Part shown: piece after piece, positions 46,319 to 57,346 of the stretch | Layout of the letters: every line of letters begins with the position of its first letter | Numbering within the stretch: position 1 is the stretch's first letter | Origin: Solobacterium sp. | GTDB lineage: Bacteria; Bacillota_I; Bacilli_A; Erysipelotrichales; Erysipelotrichaceae | Assembly: GCA_022644565.1 (NCBI GenBank) | Contig: JALCHG010000001.1 | Location: 132-64,131 of the forward strand | Direction of reading: 5' to 3' | DNA: 64,000 nucleotides | Translations under genes and position numbers: made by a program | The notes under the pieces: generated by a model | Told to the model about the DNA's origin: nothing | Databases searched by the model: none | What the model saw: the letters and a program-made list of their open reading frames with translations, nothing else

Positions 46319-47866
46319 ATGACGGAACAAAAAGAACCATATGCAGTTGAGATGCTGCATATAACAAAACGGTTCCCGGGCATTGTTGCCAATGATGACA
46401 TTACTCTTCAGCTGAAAAAGGGTGAAATTCATGCACTGTTGGGAGAAAACGGTGCTGGCAAATCAACACTGATGTCAGTTCTGTTCGGTCTCTATCAGCC
46501 GGAAGAAGGTATCATCAAAAAAGACGGGAAAGTCGTTCAGATCAATGACCCTAACGATGCCAATGCATTAGGCATCGGTATGGTCCACCAGCACTTCAAG
46601 CTGGTTCAGTGTTTCACGGTACTGCAGAACATCATCCTCGGGGTTGAGGATACAAAGCATGGTATTCTGCAGACAGATGAGGCCCGCAAGAAGGTTATGC
46701 AGCTGTCGGAGAAGTACGGCCTGCAGGTTGATCCGGACGCATTGATTTCTGATATTACCGTAGGTATGCAGCAGAGAACGGAAATTCTGAAGATGCTGTA
46801 CCGTGATAATGAAATACTCATCTTCGATGAGCCGACGGCTGTACTGACGCCGCAGGAAATCGAAGAACTGATGCAGATTATGAAAAACCTGTCAAAGGAA
46901 GGAAAGTCCATTCTCTTTATTTCACATAAGCTGAATGAAATCATGGAAGTGGCGGATCGTGTTACTGTCTTAAGACGCGGCAAGTATGTCGGTACGGTCA
47001 ACGTCAAGGATACCAATGAAGAGGAACTTTCCCGGATGATGGTAGGCCGTGATGTACAGCTTGTGGTTGATAAGAAGCCGGCCAAGCCGAAGGATGTTGT
47101 ACTTGAGGTATCTCATCTGACGGTGCCTGGCAGAACAAAGACCAAGAATGCGGTCAATGATGTCTCCTTCAAGGTAAGAGCCGGTGAGATTGTCTGTATT
47201 GCCGGTATTGACGGAAATGGTCAGACAGAGCTGATCTATGGCCTGACGGGTCTGACCCCGACTTCCGGCGGCACGATCAAGGTCAATGGAAAAGATATTA
47301 CCAAGAGCTCCATCCGTGAGCGTTCAGCCCATATGTCGCATATTCCGGAAGACAGACATAAACATGGTCTGGTTCTGGATTACAATCTGGCTTACAACCT
47401 GGTTCTGCAGCGTTATTTTGAACCGGAATTCACCAAGGCAGGATTCCTCAGGACTGGCAATATCTACAAGTATGCCGACCGTCTGATCAAGGATTTCGAT
47501 GTCCGTTCCGGTCAGGGCGCCCATACAATTGTCCGCTCCATGTCCGGCGGCAACCAGCAGAAGGCGATCATTGCCCGTGAACTTGACCGCAATCATGAAG
47601 TGCTGATCTGCGTGCAGCCGACCAGAGGCCTGGACGTCGGTGCCATTGAAGGCATTCATAAGAGAATTATTGCGGATCGTGATGCCGGCAAGGCAGTTCT
47701 GCTTGTTTCACTTGAACTGGAAGAGGTCATGAATCTGTCGGATCGTATTCTTGTCATGCATGAAGGCGAGATTGTCGGTGAACTGGATCCGAAGAAGACA
47801 ACAACCGAAGAGCTCGGTCTTTACATGGCCGGTGCCAAGCGTGATACACCGAAGGAGGCTGAGTAA
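46319..47866 (+). CDS. Nucleoside/sugar ABC ATPase (double NBD, NupA/YufO-like)
   Basis: GENGAGKST, GMVHQHF, DEPTAVL, SGGNQQK, PTRGLDVGA. Confidence 0.93.
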   Translation: MTEQKEPYAVEMLHITKRFPGIVANDDITLQLKKGEIHALLGENGAGKSTLMSVLFGLYQPEEGIIKKDGKVVQINDPNDANALGIGMVHQHFKLVQCFTVLQNIILGVEDTKHGILQTDEARKKVMQLSEKYGLQVDPDALISDITVGMQQRTEILKMLYRDNEILIFDEPTAVLTPQEIEELMQIMKNLSKEGKSILFISHKLNEIMEVADRVTVLRRGKYVGTVNVKDTNEEELSRMMVGRDVQLVVDKKPAKPKDVVLEVSHLTVPGRTKTKNAVNDVSFKVRAGEIVCIAGIDGNGQTELIYGLTGLTPTSGGTIKVNGKDITKSSIRERSAHMSHIPEDRHKHGLVLDYNLAYNLVLQRYFEPEFTKAGFLRTGNIYKYADRLIKDFDVRSGQGAHTIVRSMSGGNQQKAIIARELDRNHEVLICVQPTRGLDVGAIEGIHKRIIADRDAGKAVLLVSLELEEVMNLSDRILVMHEGEIVGELDPKKTTTEELGLYMAGAKRDTPKEAE

Positions 47867-47868
47867 GC

Positions 47869-48990
47869 ATGGAAGAAAAGAAGTCTTTCTGGAAGAAACC
47901 GGGCGTACAGACGGTTCTGACTTCACTGATCTGTATTCTGTTCGGCCTGATTGCAGGCTATATCGTACTTCTGATCATCAATCCCGGCGGAGCCGGTGAA
48001 GCGATCAAGACCATTATCCTCAACTTCCTGACCAAGCCGACTTCCCGTGCGCAGATCAAGGCGCTGGGCAATACGATGGTCAAGACAGCACCTCTGTTAA
48101 TGTGTGCATTGAGTGTCTGCTTTGCCTATAAGGTAGGTCTCTTCAATATCGGTGCGGCCGGTCAGTATGAAGTCGGAGCCTGTGCCTGTCTGGCCCTGGC
48201 GCTGATCTTCAAGGCGCCCTGGTGGGTATGCATGATCGGTGCTGCGGCAGCCGGTGCGCTGCTGGGTCTGATCTGCGGTGCATTGAAGGCATACCGCAAC
48301 GTGAATGAAGTTATTTCCGGCATCATGCTCAACTGGATCTTCCTGTATGCAACAAATACAGTACTGGGCAAGGTCAAGGAAACTTCTTCTCCTTACACGG
48401 AATCAATTACCGCGATCAATAAGAAAGCGATGCTGCCGACGATGGGAATGGAAAACCTCTTTGCCGGAAACAGAAATGTTACCATTGCCATTATCTTCTC
48501 GATTCTGACGGCAGTGATTGTCTGGGTTGTTCTGGATAAGACAAAGTTCGGCTATGAGCTGAAGGCTACCGGCTACAACAAAGACGCAGCCAAGTATGCC
48601 GGAATGAAGGAAAAGAGAAATATCATTGTCACACTGGTCATTGCCGGTGCGATTGCAGGCCTCGGTGCTTCCTTCATGTACCAGTCCGGCTATATGAGAT
48701 GGGAAACATCCGCATCTTCTGTACCGGCCATGGGCTTCAACGGTATCGCTGCTACCTTCTTAGGCGGTCTGAACCCGATCGGAACGATCTTCGCATCTTT
48801 CTTCATCCAGTCCATTACGGACGGCGGCTCCATGATCGACCGTATGATTTATCCTTCTCAGGTATCTGATCTGATCTCCGGTATCATCATTTACCTCAGC
48901 GGCTTTGTACTCTTCTTCAAGATGCTGATGAATAAACCGCATCATAAGAAGGAAAAGAATGAAAAGAAAGCAGGAGGTGAAACGAAATGA
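47869..48990 (+). CDS. Nucleoside ABC permease (NupB/YufP-like)
   Basis: FNIGAAGQ, NEVISGIMLN, TKFGYELKATG, GFNGIA. Confidence 0.92.
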   Translation: MEEKKSFWKKPGVQTVLTSLICILFGLIAGYIVLLIINPGGAGEAIKTIILNFLTKPTSRAQIKALGNTMVKTAPLLMCALSVCFAYKVGLFNIGAAGQYEVGACACLALALIFKAPWWVCMIGAAAAGALLGLICGALKAYRNVNEVISGIMLNWIFLYATNTVLGKVKETSSPYTESITAINKKAMLPTMGMENLFAGNRNVTIAIIFSILTAVIVWVVLDKTKFGYELKATGYNKDAAKYAGMKEKRNIIVTLVIAGAIAGLGASFMYQSGYMRWETSASSVPAMGFNGIAATFLGGLNPIGTIFASFFIQSITDGGSMIDRMIYPSQVSDLISGIIIYLSGFVLFFKMLMNKPHHKKEKNEKKAGGETK

Positions 48991-49928
48991 TTCTGCTGCT
49001 TCAGTACATGATTATCTTCGCATCCGTTCTTTCGCTGGTTGCCCTGGGCGGCTGCTTCTCTGAACATTCCGGCGTCATCAACCTGGGCCTTGAAGGTATC
49101 ATGGTTGTCGGTGCCATGGGCGGCGCCATGATCATGAATCTGGTTCCGGCCACACTGCCGGCGCCGCTCATGATTCTGATCGTGTGTGCGGCTTCCATTA
49201 TCTTCGGCATGCTGTACAGCTGCCTGTTAGGTCTTGCCTGCATCAATCTCAATGCGGATCAGACGCTGATCGGTACAGCCATGAATATGCTTTCTACCGC
49301 TGTTGCGGTTATCGTGGTGCGTTCCTACAACACATCCCGCAATTCATCTGATGTATCTTCCATCCTGAAGTATGTCGATGCCAAGAAGAAGTTCCTGATC
49401 CGTTTCGGCAGCTTTGAGTTCAACTGGTTCATGATCATTGCCCTGGCTGCGGTCATCATTTCCTACATTGTGCTCTATAAGACAAAGTTCGGTCTGCGTT
49501 TAAGAGCCTGCGGTGAAAATCCTCAGGCAGCTGACTCAGTCGGTATCAATGTCTATCGGATGAGATGGGCCGGTGTAACGATTTCCGGACTGCTCGGCGG
49601 TCTTGGCGGCATTACCTATATCATGGCCGGTGTTTCCGAATGGAAGTTTGAAAATGGTGTTGCCGGCTTCGGCTTCCTGTCTCTGGCGGTTATGATCTTC
49701 GGTCAGTGGAAGCCGCACAGAATCGGGCTGGCGGCGCTGCTGTTCGGTTTCTTCCGCTCTCTGTCCAATGTCTACTCAGGCATCCCTTTCCTGAAGGCAA
49801 TGAACATTCCGAGTGCCGTATACAACATGATGCCTTACATCATCTCTCTGATTGTGCTGGCATTTACTTCTTCCAATTCGGCTGCGCCGAAGGCGGAAGG
49901 CATACCGTACGACAAAGGAACAAGATAA
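48987..49928 (+). CDS. Nucleoside ABC permease (NupC/YufQ-like)
   Basis: SEHSGVINLGLEG, FGLRLRACGENPQAADSVGINV, GFLSLAVMIFGQW. Confidence 0.93.
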   Translation: MILLLQYMIIFASVLSLVALGGCFSEHSGVINLGLEGIMVVGAMGGAMIMNLVPATLPAPLMILIVCAASIIFGMLYSCLLGLACINLNADQTLIGTAMNMLSTAVAVIVVRSYNTSRNSSDVSSILKYVDAKKKFLIRFGSFEFNWFMIIALAAVIISYIVLYKTKFGLRLRACGENPQAADSVGINVYRMRWAGVTISGLLGGLGGITYIMAGVSEWKFENGVAGFGFLSLAVMIFGQWKPHRIGLAALLFGFFRSLSNVYSGIPFLKAMNIPSAVYNMMPYIISLIVLAFTSSNSAAPKAEGIPYDKGTR

Positions 49929-50013
49929 CAGTATCCTCAGGGAACTGCTTCAAACGGCAGTTCCTTTTGTTTATCAGATGGCTTATGGTAAAATGAAACG
50001 CGGTGAAGAAAAC

Positions 50014-51231
50014 ATGAAACAGAACAGAAATTACCCGAAGGCTGTGGTCACAAAGAAACAGATGAAAAGAATTCATGAAGGCCATCCCTGGGTGTATGAA
50101 GATGAAATCGTATCAATCGATGACAATATTGAAAACGGCAGTCTGGTGGATGTCTATGGGGAGAAGGGACAGTATGGCGGAACGGGTTTCTATTCTGCTT
50201 TGTCCAGAATACGGATCCGTTTATTGAGCCATAATGCCAATGACTCGTTTGATGAAGCATTCTTCACACGAAGAGTGCAGTATGCCCTGCAGTATCGTAA
50301 AGATGTCATGAAAGAGGATTTCATGGCATGCCGTCTGGTCCATGGGGAAAGTGATGGACTGCCGGGTCTGACTGTTGACCGCTATAATGATATTCTTGTT
50401 GCGGAAGTGACAAGCTATGGCATGGAACAGCGCAAGGATATTGTGTATACAGCCCTGGTACAGCAATTGAAAGCCATGGGTGAAGAGATTCACGGCATCT
50501 ATGAAAGAAATGAGAGTGCCTTGAGAAGTAAGGAAGGACTGGAACAGTATAAGGGCTGGTATGGTGAAAACCATCCATCTGAAACAAAGACAGTCATCTC
50601 TGAAAACAGCATTCTGTATGAAGTGGATGTGGAGAATGGACAGAAGACAGGCTTCTTTCTGGATCAGAAATACAACCGGCTGGCCGTACGGAAGATGGCA
50701 TATGGCAGAAATGTTCTGGACTGCTGCACACATACAGGTTCATTTGCTTTGAATGCGGCGTATGGCGGTGCGGCCCATGTAACAGCGCTGGATATATCTG
50801 ATACGGCCATCGCTGAAGCAAAGCACAATGCTCTTTTGAATCATCTGGAAGATCAGGTGGACTTCGTACAGGCAGACGTCTTTGAAGCGCTGGATGAAAT
50901 CCGTAAAAACCATGAACACTATGACTTCATCATTCTTGATCCCCCGGCTTTCACCAAAAGCCGCAAGACTCGCTACAATGCCTACCAGGGCTATAAGGAA
51001 ATCAATGCCCAGGCGATGAAAATCCTGCCCAGAGGAGGCTATCTTGCCACTAACTCCTGTTCGCATTTCATGAGTACGGAGATGTTCAGGGCTATGCTGC
51101 ATGAAGCAGCCATGGCGGCCGGTGTACAGGTGCGGATTGTGGAAGAGAGGCATGCTTCCCCGGATCATCCGGTATTGATCGGGGTGGATGAGACGGATTA
51201 CCTCAAGTTCTTCCTGGTCCAGACGATCTGA
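50014..51231 (+). CDS. RlmI/YwbD-like class I SAM-dependent rRNA methyltransferase
   Basis: GHPWVY PUA domain, HGESDGLPGL, GQKTGFFLDQ, DPPAF; start at ATG 50014. Confidence 0.9.
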   Translation: MKQNRNYPKAVVTKKQMKRIHEGHPWVYEDEIVSIDDNIENGSLVDVYGEKGQYGGTGFYSALSRIRIRLLSHNANDSFDEAFFTRRVQYALQYRKDVMKEDFMACRLVHGESDGLPGLTVDRYNDILVAEVTSYGMEQRKDIVYTALVQQLKAMGEEIHGIYERNESALRSKEGLEQYKGWYGENHPSETKTVISENSILYEVDVENGQKTGFFLDQKYNRLAVRKMAYGRNVLDCCTHTGSFALNAAYGGAAHVTALDISDTAIAEAKHNALLNHLEDQVDFVQADVFEALDEIRKNHEHYDFIILDPPAFTKSRKTRYNAYQGYKEINAQAMKILPRGGYLATNSCSHFMSTEMFRAMLHEAAMAAGVQVRIVEERHASPDHPVLIGVDETDYLKFFLVQTI

Positions 51232-51352
51232 GACCTGAGACAGAAGGTGCAGAAATGGCTTAACCAAGCCTTTCTGCGCCTTTTTCATTGGAATGGAAAC
51301 TAGAAATATTAGCCTATCTGTGGTAAAATTGCAACAGAAAGTAGGTGAGATT

Positions 51353-51871
51353 GTGGCAGAATACAAATACAAAAAAGGCGACATTGTAATGTACAAACGT
51401 GATGTATGCAGAGTTGTAAGAATCGGCGAGAGTGATTACACAGGAGAAAAGTGCTACATTCTCGTACCTACCGCCAGACCTGACGGTTCCATCAAAATGC
51501 AGGTGCCGGTGTCCAATAAAAGCGGACATCTCAGAGACCTCATCACCCGTGATGAGATCCGTGAACTGATCCGCAAGACACCGGATGTTGAAACGCTTGT
51601 CAGTAAGCCGGCGAATATGAAGAGCCAGTATGCTGCGCTGATGCACAGTGATGATGTGCTGGATCTGGTCAGGATTATCAAGACATCTTATGAGCGGAAT
51701 CAGGAAAGAATCGCATCGCATAAGAAGCTTGCGAGTATTGATGATGAATATCTCAGAAGGGCGGAAAAATGCCTGTACAATGAGATTTCAGCATCTACCG
51801 GAATGAGTTTTGATGAGTCCAAAGAGTATTTTGAAAGTGAAGTAAAGAAGGAAGAGGCAGGCCGCAGTTAA
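51353..51871 (+). CDS. CarD-family transcriptional regulator
   Basis: YKKGDIVMY..CRVVRI..YILVP..MQVPV..LRDLI; GTG start after AGGTGA. Confidence 0.82.
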   Translation: MAEYKYKKGDIVMYKRDVCRVVRIGESDYTGEKCYILVPTARPDGSIKMQVPVSNKSGHLRDLITRDEIRELIRKTPDVETLVSKPANMKSQYAALMHSDDVLDLVRIIKTSYERNQERIASHKKLASIDDEYLRRAEKCLYNEISASTGMSFDESKEYFESEVKKEEAGRS

Positions 51872-53376
51872 TGAAGAACAGGATGATTCTGCAGTCATTT
51901 GAATGGTATCTGTCAAATGATGGAACGTTCTGGAGGAGAATCGAAGGGGCTGCCCCTTCTTTTTCTTCCATCGGGTTTACCAGTGTATGGCTGCCGCCGG
52001 CTTTCAAAGGCGCAGGCGGCATCAATGATGTCGGGTATGGCGTTTATGATCTGTATGATCTCGGGGAGTTTGATCAGAAGGGAACCGTACGGACAAAATA
52101 TGGCACAAAGGATGAATATCTGCGGGCGGTAAAGGCTGTTGAAGATAACGGGGTCAGAGTGCTGGCGGATATTGTCTTCAACCAGAAGATGGGGGCCGAT
52201 GAAACAGAAGAAGTAGAGGCCGTGGAGGATGCCGGCAATAACCGCAATGAACAGATCTCGGGCGATGAGACCATTACCGCCTGGACAAAGTTCACTTTCC
52301 CGGGAAGAAAAGGAAAGTATGATCCGTTTATCTGGGACCATACATGCTTTGATGGGACGGACTGGGATGAGAAGGGACACCGCAATTCCATATACAAGTT
52401 CAATGGCAAGAACTGGGATTGTGATGTATCCACGGAGAATGGCAACTATGATTATCTGATGGGATGTGATCTGGACTTTCAGGAACCGAAGGTAGTGGAA
52501 GAATTGAAGAAGTGGGGCAGATGGTATCTGGATCTGACCGGGGCAGACGGGGTAAGACTGGATGCTCTGAAACACATTCATTTCACTTTCTTTGAGGACT
52601 GGCTGAAGGAAATGCGGACATATACCGGTAAGGATCTGTTTGCCATCGGGGAATACTGGAATCCGGATGTCAATGCCCTGACGCATTATCTGGATGTAAA
52701 CCATAACTGTCTGTCCCTGTTTGATGTTGCTCTGCATTTCCGTTTTTATAATGCGTCCAACAGCGGCGGTTATTTTGATATGCGTACGCTCTATGACAGT
52801 ACTCTGGTACAGGTGAGAGAAGACAATGCCATCACATTTGTGGACAATCACGATACCGAGCCGCAGCAGGCCCTGCAGTCTTTCATACCGGCCTGGTTCA
52901 AGCCGATTGCCTATGCTCTGATTCTGGAAAGTGCCCATGGCATTCCCTGTGTTTTCTATGGGGATCTTTTCGGCATCCGACAGGAAAACATCGCTCCAGT
53001 CAAAGATCTTGCCAGACTCATGGCTGCCCGGACGCTGGCCGCCTATGGGGATGAAACAGATTACTTTGATCATGAGGATGTGGTGGGCTTTACCCGCAGC
53101 GGCAGTACAGAAAATCCGGACAGCGGTCTTGCCGTACTTGTCTCAGACGGGCCGGGCGGGCGTAAGCATATGATGGTGAATGAAGCCATGAAAGGAAGGC
53201 AGTTCATCAATATTCTGGATGAAAACATGTCTGTATGCCTCAATGAAGACGGCAGCGGCGACTTCACTGTCGATGGAGGTTCAGCCGCCGTATACGTGGA
53301 AGCACATATGCTTGATGAAATAAAAAAGATGGCTGCGGCCTTTGAACAGGGCACACAGCCATACTTTCCATGGTGA
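51871..53376 (+). CDS. Cytoplasmic alpha-amylase (GH13)
   Basis: LQSFEWY, WLPPAFKG, GYGVYDLYDLGEF, GVRLDALKH, GEYW, FVDNHDT; no signal peptide. Confidence 0.94.
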   Translation: MKNRMILQSFEWYLSNDGTFWRRIEGAAPSFSSIGFTSVWLPPAFKGAGGINDVGYGVYDLYDLGEFDQKGTVRTKYGTKDEYLRAVKAVEDNGVRVLADIVFNQKMGADETEEVEAVEDAGNNRNEQISGDETITAWTKFTFPGRKGKYDPFIWDHTCFDGTDWDEKGHRNSIYKFNGKNWDCDVSTENGNYDYLMGCDLDFQEPKVVEELKKWGRWYLDLTGADGVRLDALKHIHFTFFEDWLKEMRTYTGKDLFAIGEYWNPDVNALTHYLDVNHNCLSLFDVALHFRFYNASNSGGYFDMRTLYDSTLVQVREDNAITFVDNHDTEPQQALQSFIPAWFKPIAYALILESAHGIPCVFYGDLFGIRQENIAPVKDLARLMAARTLAAYGDETDYFDHEDVVGFTRSGSTENPDSGLAVLVSDGPGGRKHMMVNEAMKGRQFINILDENMSVCLNEDGSGDFTVDGGSAAVYVEAHMLDEIKKMAAAFEQGTQPYFPW

Positions 53377-53390
53377 TCTTCAGCGTAAGA

Positions 53391-53873
53391 TCACTTTTTT
53401 TCGGGATAATGCATGCGGGTGGCATCAATGTGATCCAGAACGCCGAGATACCGGTGGGCAAGATATCTTGCCATGCCCAGGTTCTGATCCAGGTAATTGC
53501 CGCACTGATCCGGGGCCGCACCGGGAATATCATCTTCATAATCCGCAATGAACGTAAACATTCTTGAGACAAGACCGATGACATCCTCCGAGATGAGATC
53601 TCCTTCCAGAATCATATAGAAGCCGGTACGGCAGCCCATGGGACCGAAGTAGACGACTCTGTCTTTCCATTCTGGATCATTGCGCAGGAAGGTGGCACCG
53701 AGATGTTCAATCGTATGCACTTCCGCTGTATTCATGACCGGCTCCCGGTTCGGGGCTGTCATTCTCAGATCAAAAGTTGTGATAACCGTATCGCGGAAAC
53801 GGTCCTTTCTCGATACATAGACACCCGGCAGTAAAAGCAGGTGGTTGACTTTAAAACTGGCAATTGTTTCCAT
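53391..53873 (-). CDS. luxS: S-ribosylhomocysteine lyase
   Basis: SFKVNH, HTIEHL, GPMGCRTGFY, CGNY. Confidence 0.96.
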   Translation of the reverse strand: METIASFKVNHLLLLPGVYVSRKDRFRDTVITTFDLRMTAPNREPVMNTAEVHTIEHLGATFLRNDPEWKDRVVYFGPMGCRTGFYMILEGDLISEDVIGLVSRMFTFIADYEDDIPGAAPDQCGNYLDQNLGMARYLAHRYLGVLDHIDATRMHYPEKK

Positions 53874-53947
53874 TTGTTCATCTCCTTGTCCTTATTATCG
53901 CATATCCCGGTCAGGATGGTACAATGGAAACAGCAGGGAGGAAGTAC

Positions 53948-54823
53948 ATGCCGAAAAACAGTGTCAGAGAACATCTGAAAAATTCAGATCGGAAAACCGT
54001 CATTACATATGTCATTCTGCATACGCTTGTTGTGATATCGCTCATTCGTCAGATTCTTGCCGGGGATCTATATAATGCCTTTCTATGTATCGTGTCGCTG
54101 CTTCTGTTCATGATACCGCGGCTGGTCAAGAAAAAGCTGAAGATTGAACTGCCGGATCTGTTGGAATGTACAATCTATATTTTTATTTTTGCGGCAGAAA
54201 TCCTGGGTGAGATCAATAACTTCTATCAGATCATTCCTTTCTGGGATACAATTCTGCATACACTGAACGGATTCCTCTGTGCGGCTATCGGCTTTTCGCT
54301 GGTGGATCTCTTGAACCGCAATTCCCGCCGCATCAATCTGTCGCCGCTGTATCTGGCCCTGGTATCATTCTGCTTTTCGATGACTGTAGGTGTGTGCTGG
54401 GAATTCTTTGAATTCACCATGGATAATGTGACTGGTACGGATATGCAGAAAGATACGCTGATTCAGAATATCAATTCCGTGTATCTCAATGAAACCGGTG
54501 CCAACCGTACGGTTAAGATCCGTAAGATCGACAATACGGAGATTCATACCGCAGACGGACAGACATATGAGATCAAGGGCGGGTATCTTGATATCGGTCT
54601 GATTGATACAATGGATGATCTGTTTGTCAATCTGATCGGAGCGCTCACGTTCAATGTGATCGGCTATATCTATGTCAGAAAACGGGATTTTTCAAAGAAG
54701 AATATTGCCATGCGTTTTGTGCCGCATAAGATGGATGAAACACAGTCAGAAGCACAGGAAGAGCTCAATGCCCTGGCAGATGAGCTGGAAGAAGATGAAG
54801 AGAAACGGAAAGAAGACAGATGA
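53948..54823 (+). CDS. Conserved membrane protein (DUF2238-like)
   Basis: Multiple TM segments; WDTILHTLNG, WEFFEF and DTMDDL motifs. Confidence 0.7.
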   Translation: MPKNSVREHLKNSDRKTVITYVILHTLVVISLIRQILAGDLYNAFLCIVSLLLFMIPRLVKKKLKIELPDLLECTIYIFIFAAEILGEINNFYQIIPFWDTILHTLNGFLCAAIGFSLVDLLNRNSRRINLSPLYLALVSFCFSMTVGVCWEFFEFTMDNVTGTDMQKDTLIQNINSVYLNETGANRTVKIRKIDNTEIHTADGQTYEIKGGYLDIGLIDTMDDLFVNLIGALTFNVIGYIYVRKRDFSKKNIAMRFVPHKMDETQSEAQEELNALADELEEDEEKRKEDR

Positions 54824-54881
54824 TGTCTTCTTTTTCTGACTTCTGAAAGAGAAGACAGAAAAAGAAGAAAATGCTGCTGTA

Positions 54882-55019
54882 AAATTCAGAAAACAGGTGA
54901 AAAATGCACTTCAAAATGTAAGAATCTCATATATAAAATGAAAATATTTTGCATAAAAATGAAAAACAGCTTGTAAAATCTGAAAATAAAACCGATAATT
55001 TCCATGTATTCAGAAAATA
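54882..55019 (+). promoter_or_regulatory. Promoter with CodY-box-like repeats upstream of the second amino-acid ABC operon
   Basis: TTGTAA-17-GATAAT (54971-54999); degenerate TTCWGAAAA boxes at 54882-54896, 54974-54988 and 55005-55019. Confidence 0.35.
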
Positions 55020-55034
55020 CGGAACTGGAGGGAA

Positions 55035-55844
55035 ATGAATATGAACAGGTATTTCAAAAGTTTTGTGGCAGCTGCGTTAGTCTGCAGCACTCTGGCAGGA
55101 TGCGGATCATCCTCGGGAGGCAGTACGGCAGAAAAGACAGCTTCTTCCAGTACAGCTGCTGCATCCGGTAAACATTTTGTCATTGCGACAGATACAGTAT
55201 TCAAGCCGTTTGAATATACGGATGCGGATGGCAATTTCGTCGGTATTGATGTGGATCTTCTCGCAGCGATTGCCAAGGATCAGGGCTTCACTTATGATCT
55301 GAATTCACTTGGCTGGGATTCCGCCATTGCGGCATGTCAGGCCGGCCAGGCTGACGGTATGATTGCCGGTGCTTCCATTACAGATGAAAGAAAGCAGAAC
55401 GGCTGGATCTTCTCGGACGGCTACTATACGGCAACCCAGTGTGTAGCGGTAGCTGCCGACAGTGATGTCAAGTCTCTGGATGATCTTCAGGGTGCCAATG
55501 TTGCGGTCAAGACAGGCACCGCCGGTGCAGATTATGCCAACTCTCTGAAGGATAAATACAACTTCAACATCACAACTTATGAGGACAGCCCGACGATGTA
55601 TCAGGCCGTAACCGGCGGCCAGGCAGACTGCTGCTTCGAGGATACACCGATCATGTCCTATACCATCAAACAGGGTGAACAGGATCTCAAGATTGTCGAT
55701 GGTTCTGAGAATGAAGGCAATGATTACGGCATGGCAGTATTTGATCCAAGTGAGCAGGAGCTGCTTGATCTGTTCAATGCCGGTCTGAAGGATATCAAAG
55801 CCAGCGGTGAGTACGATAAGATCATCGCCAAGTATCTGGGCTGA
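55035..55844 (+). CDS. Glutamine-type amino-acid ABC substrate-binding lipoprotein
   Basis: Lipobox LAGC, DTVFKPFEY, GIDVDLL, ASITDERK, VKTGT. Confidence 0.92.
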   Translation: MNMNRYFKSFVAAALVCSTLAGCGSSSGGSTAEKTASSSTAAASGKHFVIATDTVFKPFEYTDADGNFVGIDVDLLAAIAKDQGFTYDLNSLGWDSAIAACQAGQADGMIAGASITDERKQNGWIFSDGYYTATQCVAVAADSDVKSLDDLQGANVAVKTGTAGADYANSLKDKYNFNITTYEDSPTMYQAVTGGQADCCFEDTPIMSYTIKQGEQDLKIVDGSENEGNDYGMAVFDPSEQELLDLFNAGLKDIKASGEYDKIIAKYLG

Positions 55845-55902
55845 TCAGAATCAGACAGGGGCCCGGCAGTGCCGGACCTTTTCTTCTTAGAAAGGAGTTC
55901 AC

Positions 55903-56580
55903 ATGTCACAGATTATAGAGCAATACGGACATCTTTTACTGAACGCAATGGGACATACACTTTTACTGGCTCTGCTGGGGCTTCTGTTTGCGTGTGTATT
56001 CGGTCTGCTGTTCGGTATGATGAGCGTTGTCCACAATAAAGCATGCAATATCATTGCCATGATATTTGTGGATGTCATCCGCGGTGTTCCGATGATCGTT
56101 CTGGCCTATTTCATCTACTTCGGCATTCCGTATGGATGTCGGACGATCCTGGGCACAAAGGTTACCATTTCCGCTCTGCAGGCAGGCACATGGTGTCTGT
56201 CACTCAACTGCGGCGCATATATGGCAGAAATCATCCGGGCAGGCATTCAGTCTGTGGATCCCGGCCAGATGGAAGCGGCCCGTTCCCTTGGCCTTCCGTA
56301 CTGGAAGAGCATGCGCAGGGTTGTTCTGCCCCAGGCCATCCGGACCATGATTCCATCCATCATCAACCAGTTCATCATCACGCTGAAGGATACTTCCATC
56401 CTTTCCGTCATCGGTTTCCCGGAACTTGTCAATACGGCGAAAAACGTCATTGCCATCACTGGTAAATCACTGCAGACATGGGCGGTTGTGGCCGTCATGT
56501 ATCTGATTATCATCCTGCTGCTGTCCAAGCTGGCAAAGCGGGTGGAAAGGAGGCTCAGCCGTGGCCATAAACTACAATAA
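55903..56580 (+). CDS. Amino-acid ABC permease
   Basis: [33 protein letters not shown]. Confidence 0.93.
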   Translation: MSQIIEQYGHLLLNAMGHTLLLALLGLLFACVFGLLFGMMSVVHNKACNIIAMIFVDVIRGVPMIVLAYFIYFGIPYGCRTILGTKVTISALQAGTWCLSLNCGAYMAEIIRAGIQSVDPGQMEAARSLGLPYWKSMRRVVLPQAIRTMIPSIINQFIITLKDTSILSVIGFPELVNTAKNVIAITGKSLQTWAVVAVMYLIIILLLSKLAKRVERRLSRGHKLQ

Positions 56581-57307
56581 GACAAGAATTCACGTCGAAC
56601 ACCTTGTCAAAAATTACGATAAGCTGGAAGTACTGAAGGATATCAGTACGGATATCTATGATGGGGAAGTAGTCGTAGTCATCGGTCCTTCCGGTTCGGG
56701 CAAATCCACTTTCCTGCGCTGTCTCAACGGTCTTGAAGAATTCCAGAGCGGCCACATCGTGATCAACGGGAAAGATGTTGCGGATCCCAAGACCGATATC
56801 AATCACTTCCGTGAAAACATCGGCATGGTATTTCAGCATTTCAATCTCTTTGCCAATATGAATGTGCTGGACAATCTGACCCTGGCTCCGGTGGAGCTGA
56901 AGAAAGCAAGTCGGGAAGATGCGGAGGAAACAGCCATGAAGATGCTGGCAAGAGTCGGCCTCAGCGATAAGCTGCATTCCTATCCGGATCAGCTTTCCGG
57001 CGGCCAGCAGCAGCGTGCGGCAATCGCAAGAGCATTGTGCATGCATCCGGACATCATGCTGTTTGATGAACCGACTTCAGCCCTGGATCCGGAAATGGTA
57101 GGGGAAGTACTGAATGTCATGAAGCATCTGGCTTCCGAAGGCATGACCATGGTCATTGTCACTCATGAAATCGGCTTTGCAAGAGAAGTGAGCGATCGAG
57201 TTCTCTTCATGGATGGCGGCTATATTGTGGAAGAAGGCACGCCGGATGAAGTCATCAATCATCCCCGTCAGCAGCGTACCATTGATTTTCTTTCCAAAGT
57301 GCTGTAG
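56561..57307 (+). CDS. Amino-acid ABC ATPase (GlnQ-like)
   Basis: [36 protein letters not shown]. Confidence 0.95.
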   Translation: MAINYNKTRIHVEHLVKNYDKLEVLKDISTDIYDGEVVVVIGPSGSGKSTFLRCLNGLEEFQSGHIVINGKDVADPKTDINHFRENIGMVFQHFNLFANMNVLDNLTLAPVELKKASREDAEETAMKMLARVGLSDKLHSYPDQLSGGQQQRAAIARALCMHPDIMLFDEPTSALDPEMVGEVLNVMKHLASEGMTMVIVTHEIGFAREVSDRVLFMDGGYIVEEGTPDEVINHPRQQRTIDFLSKVL

Positions 57308-57346
57308 GGAAAAAGAAACAGCGTTCCGGATTTCCGGAACGCTGTT

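Noticed and set aside
45020-46320. Terminal inverted repeats or target duplication around the IS1634-derived ORF
   Set aside because: Only weak T-run similarity (TTTTTTTAC at both sides); no convincing TIR, so it is not called an intact IS.
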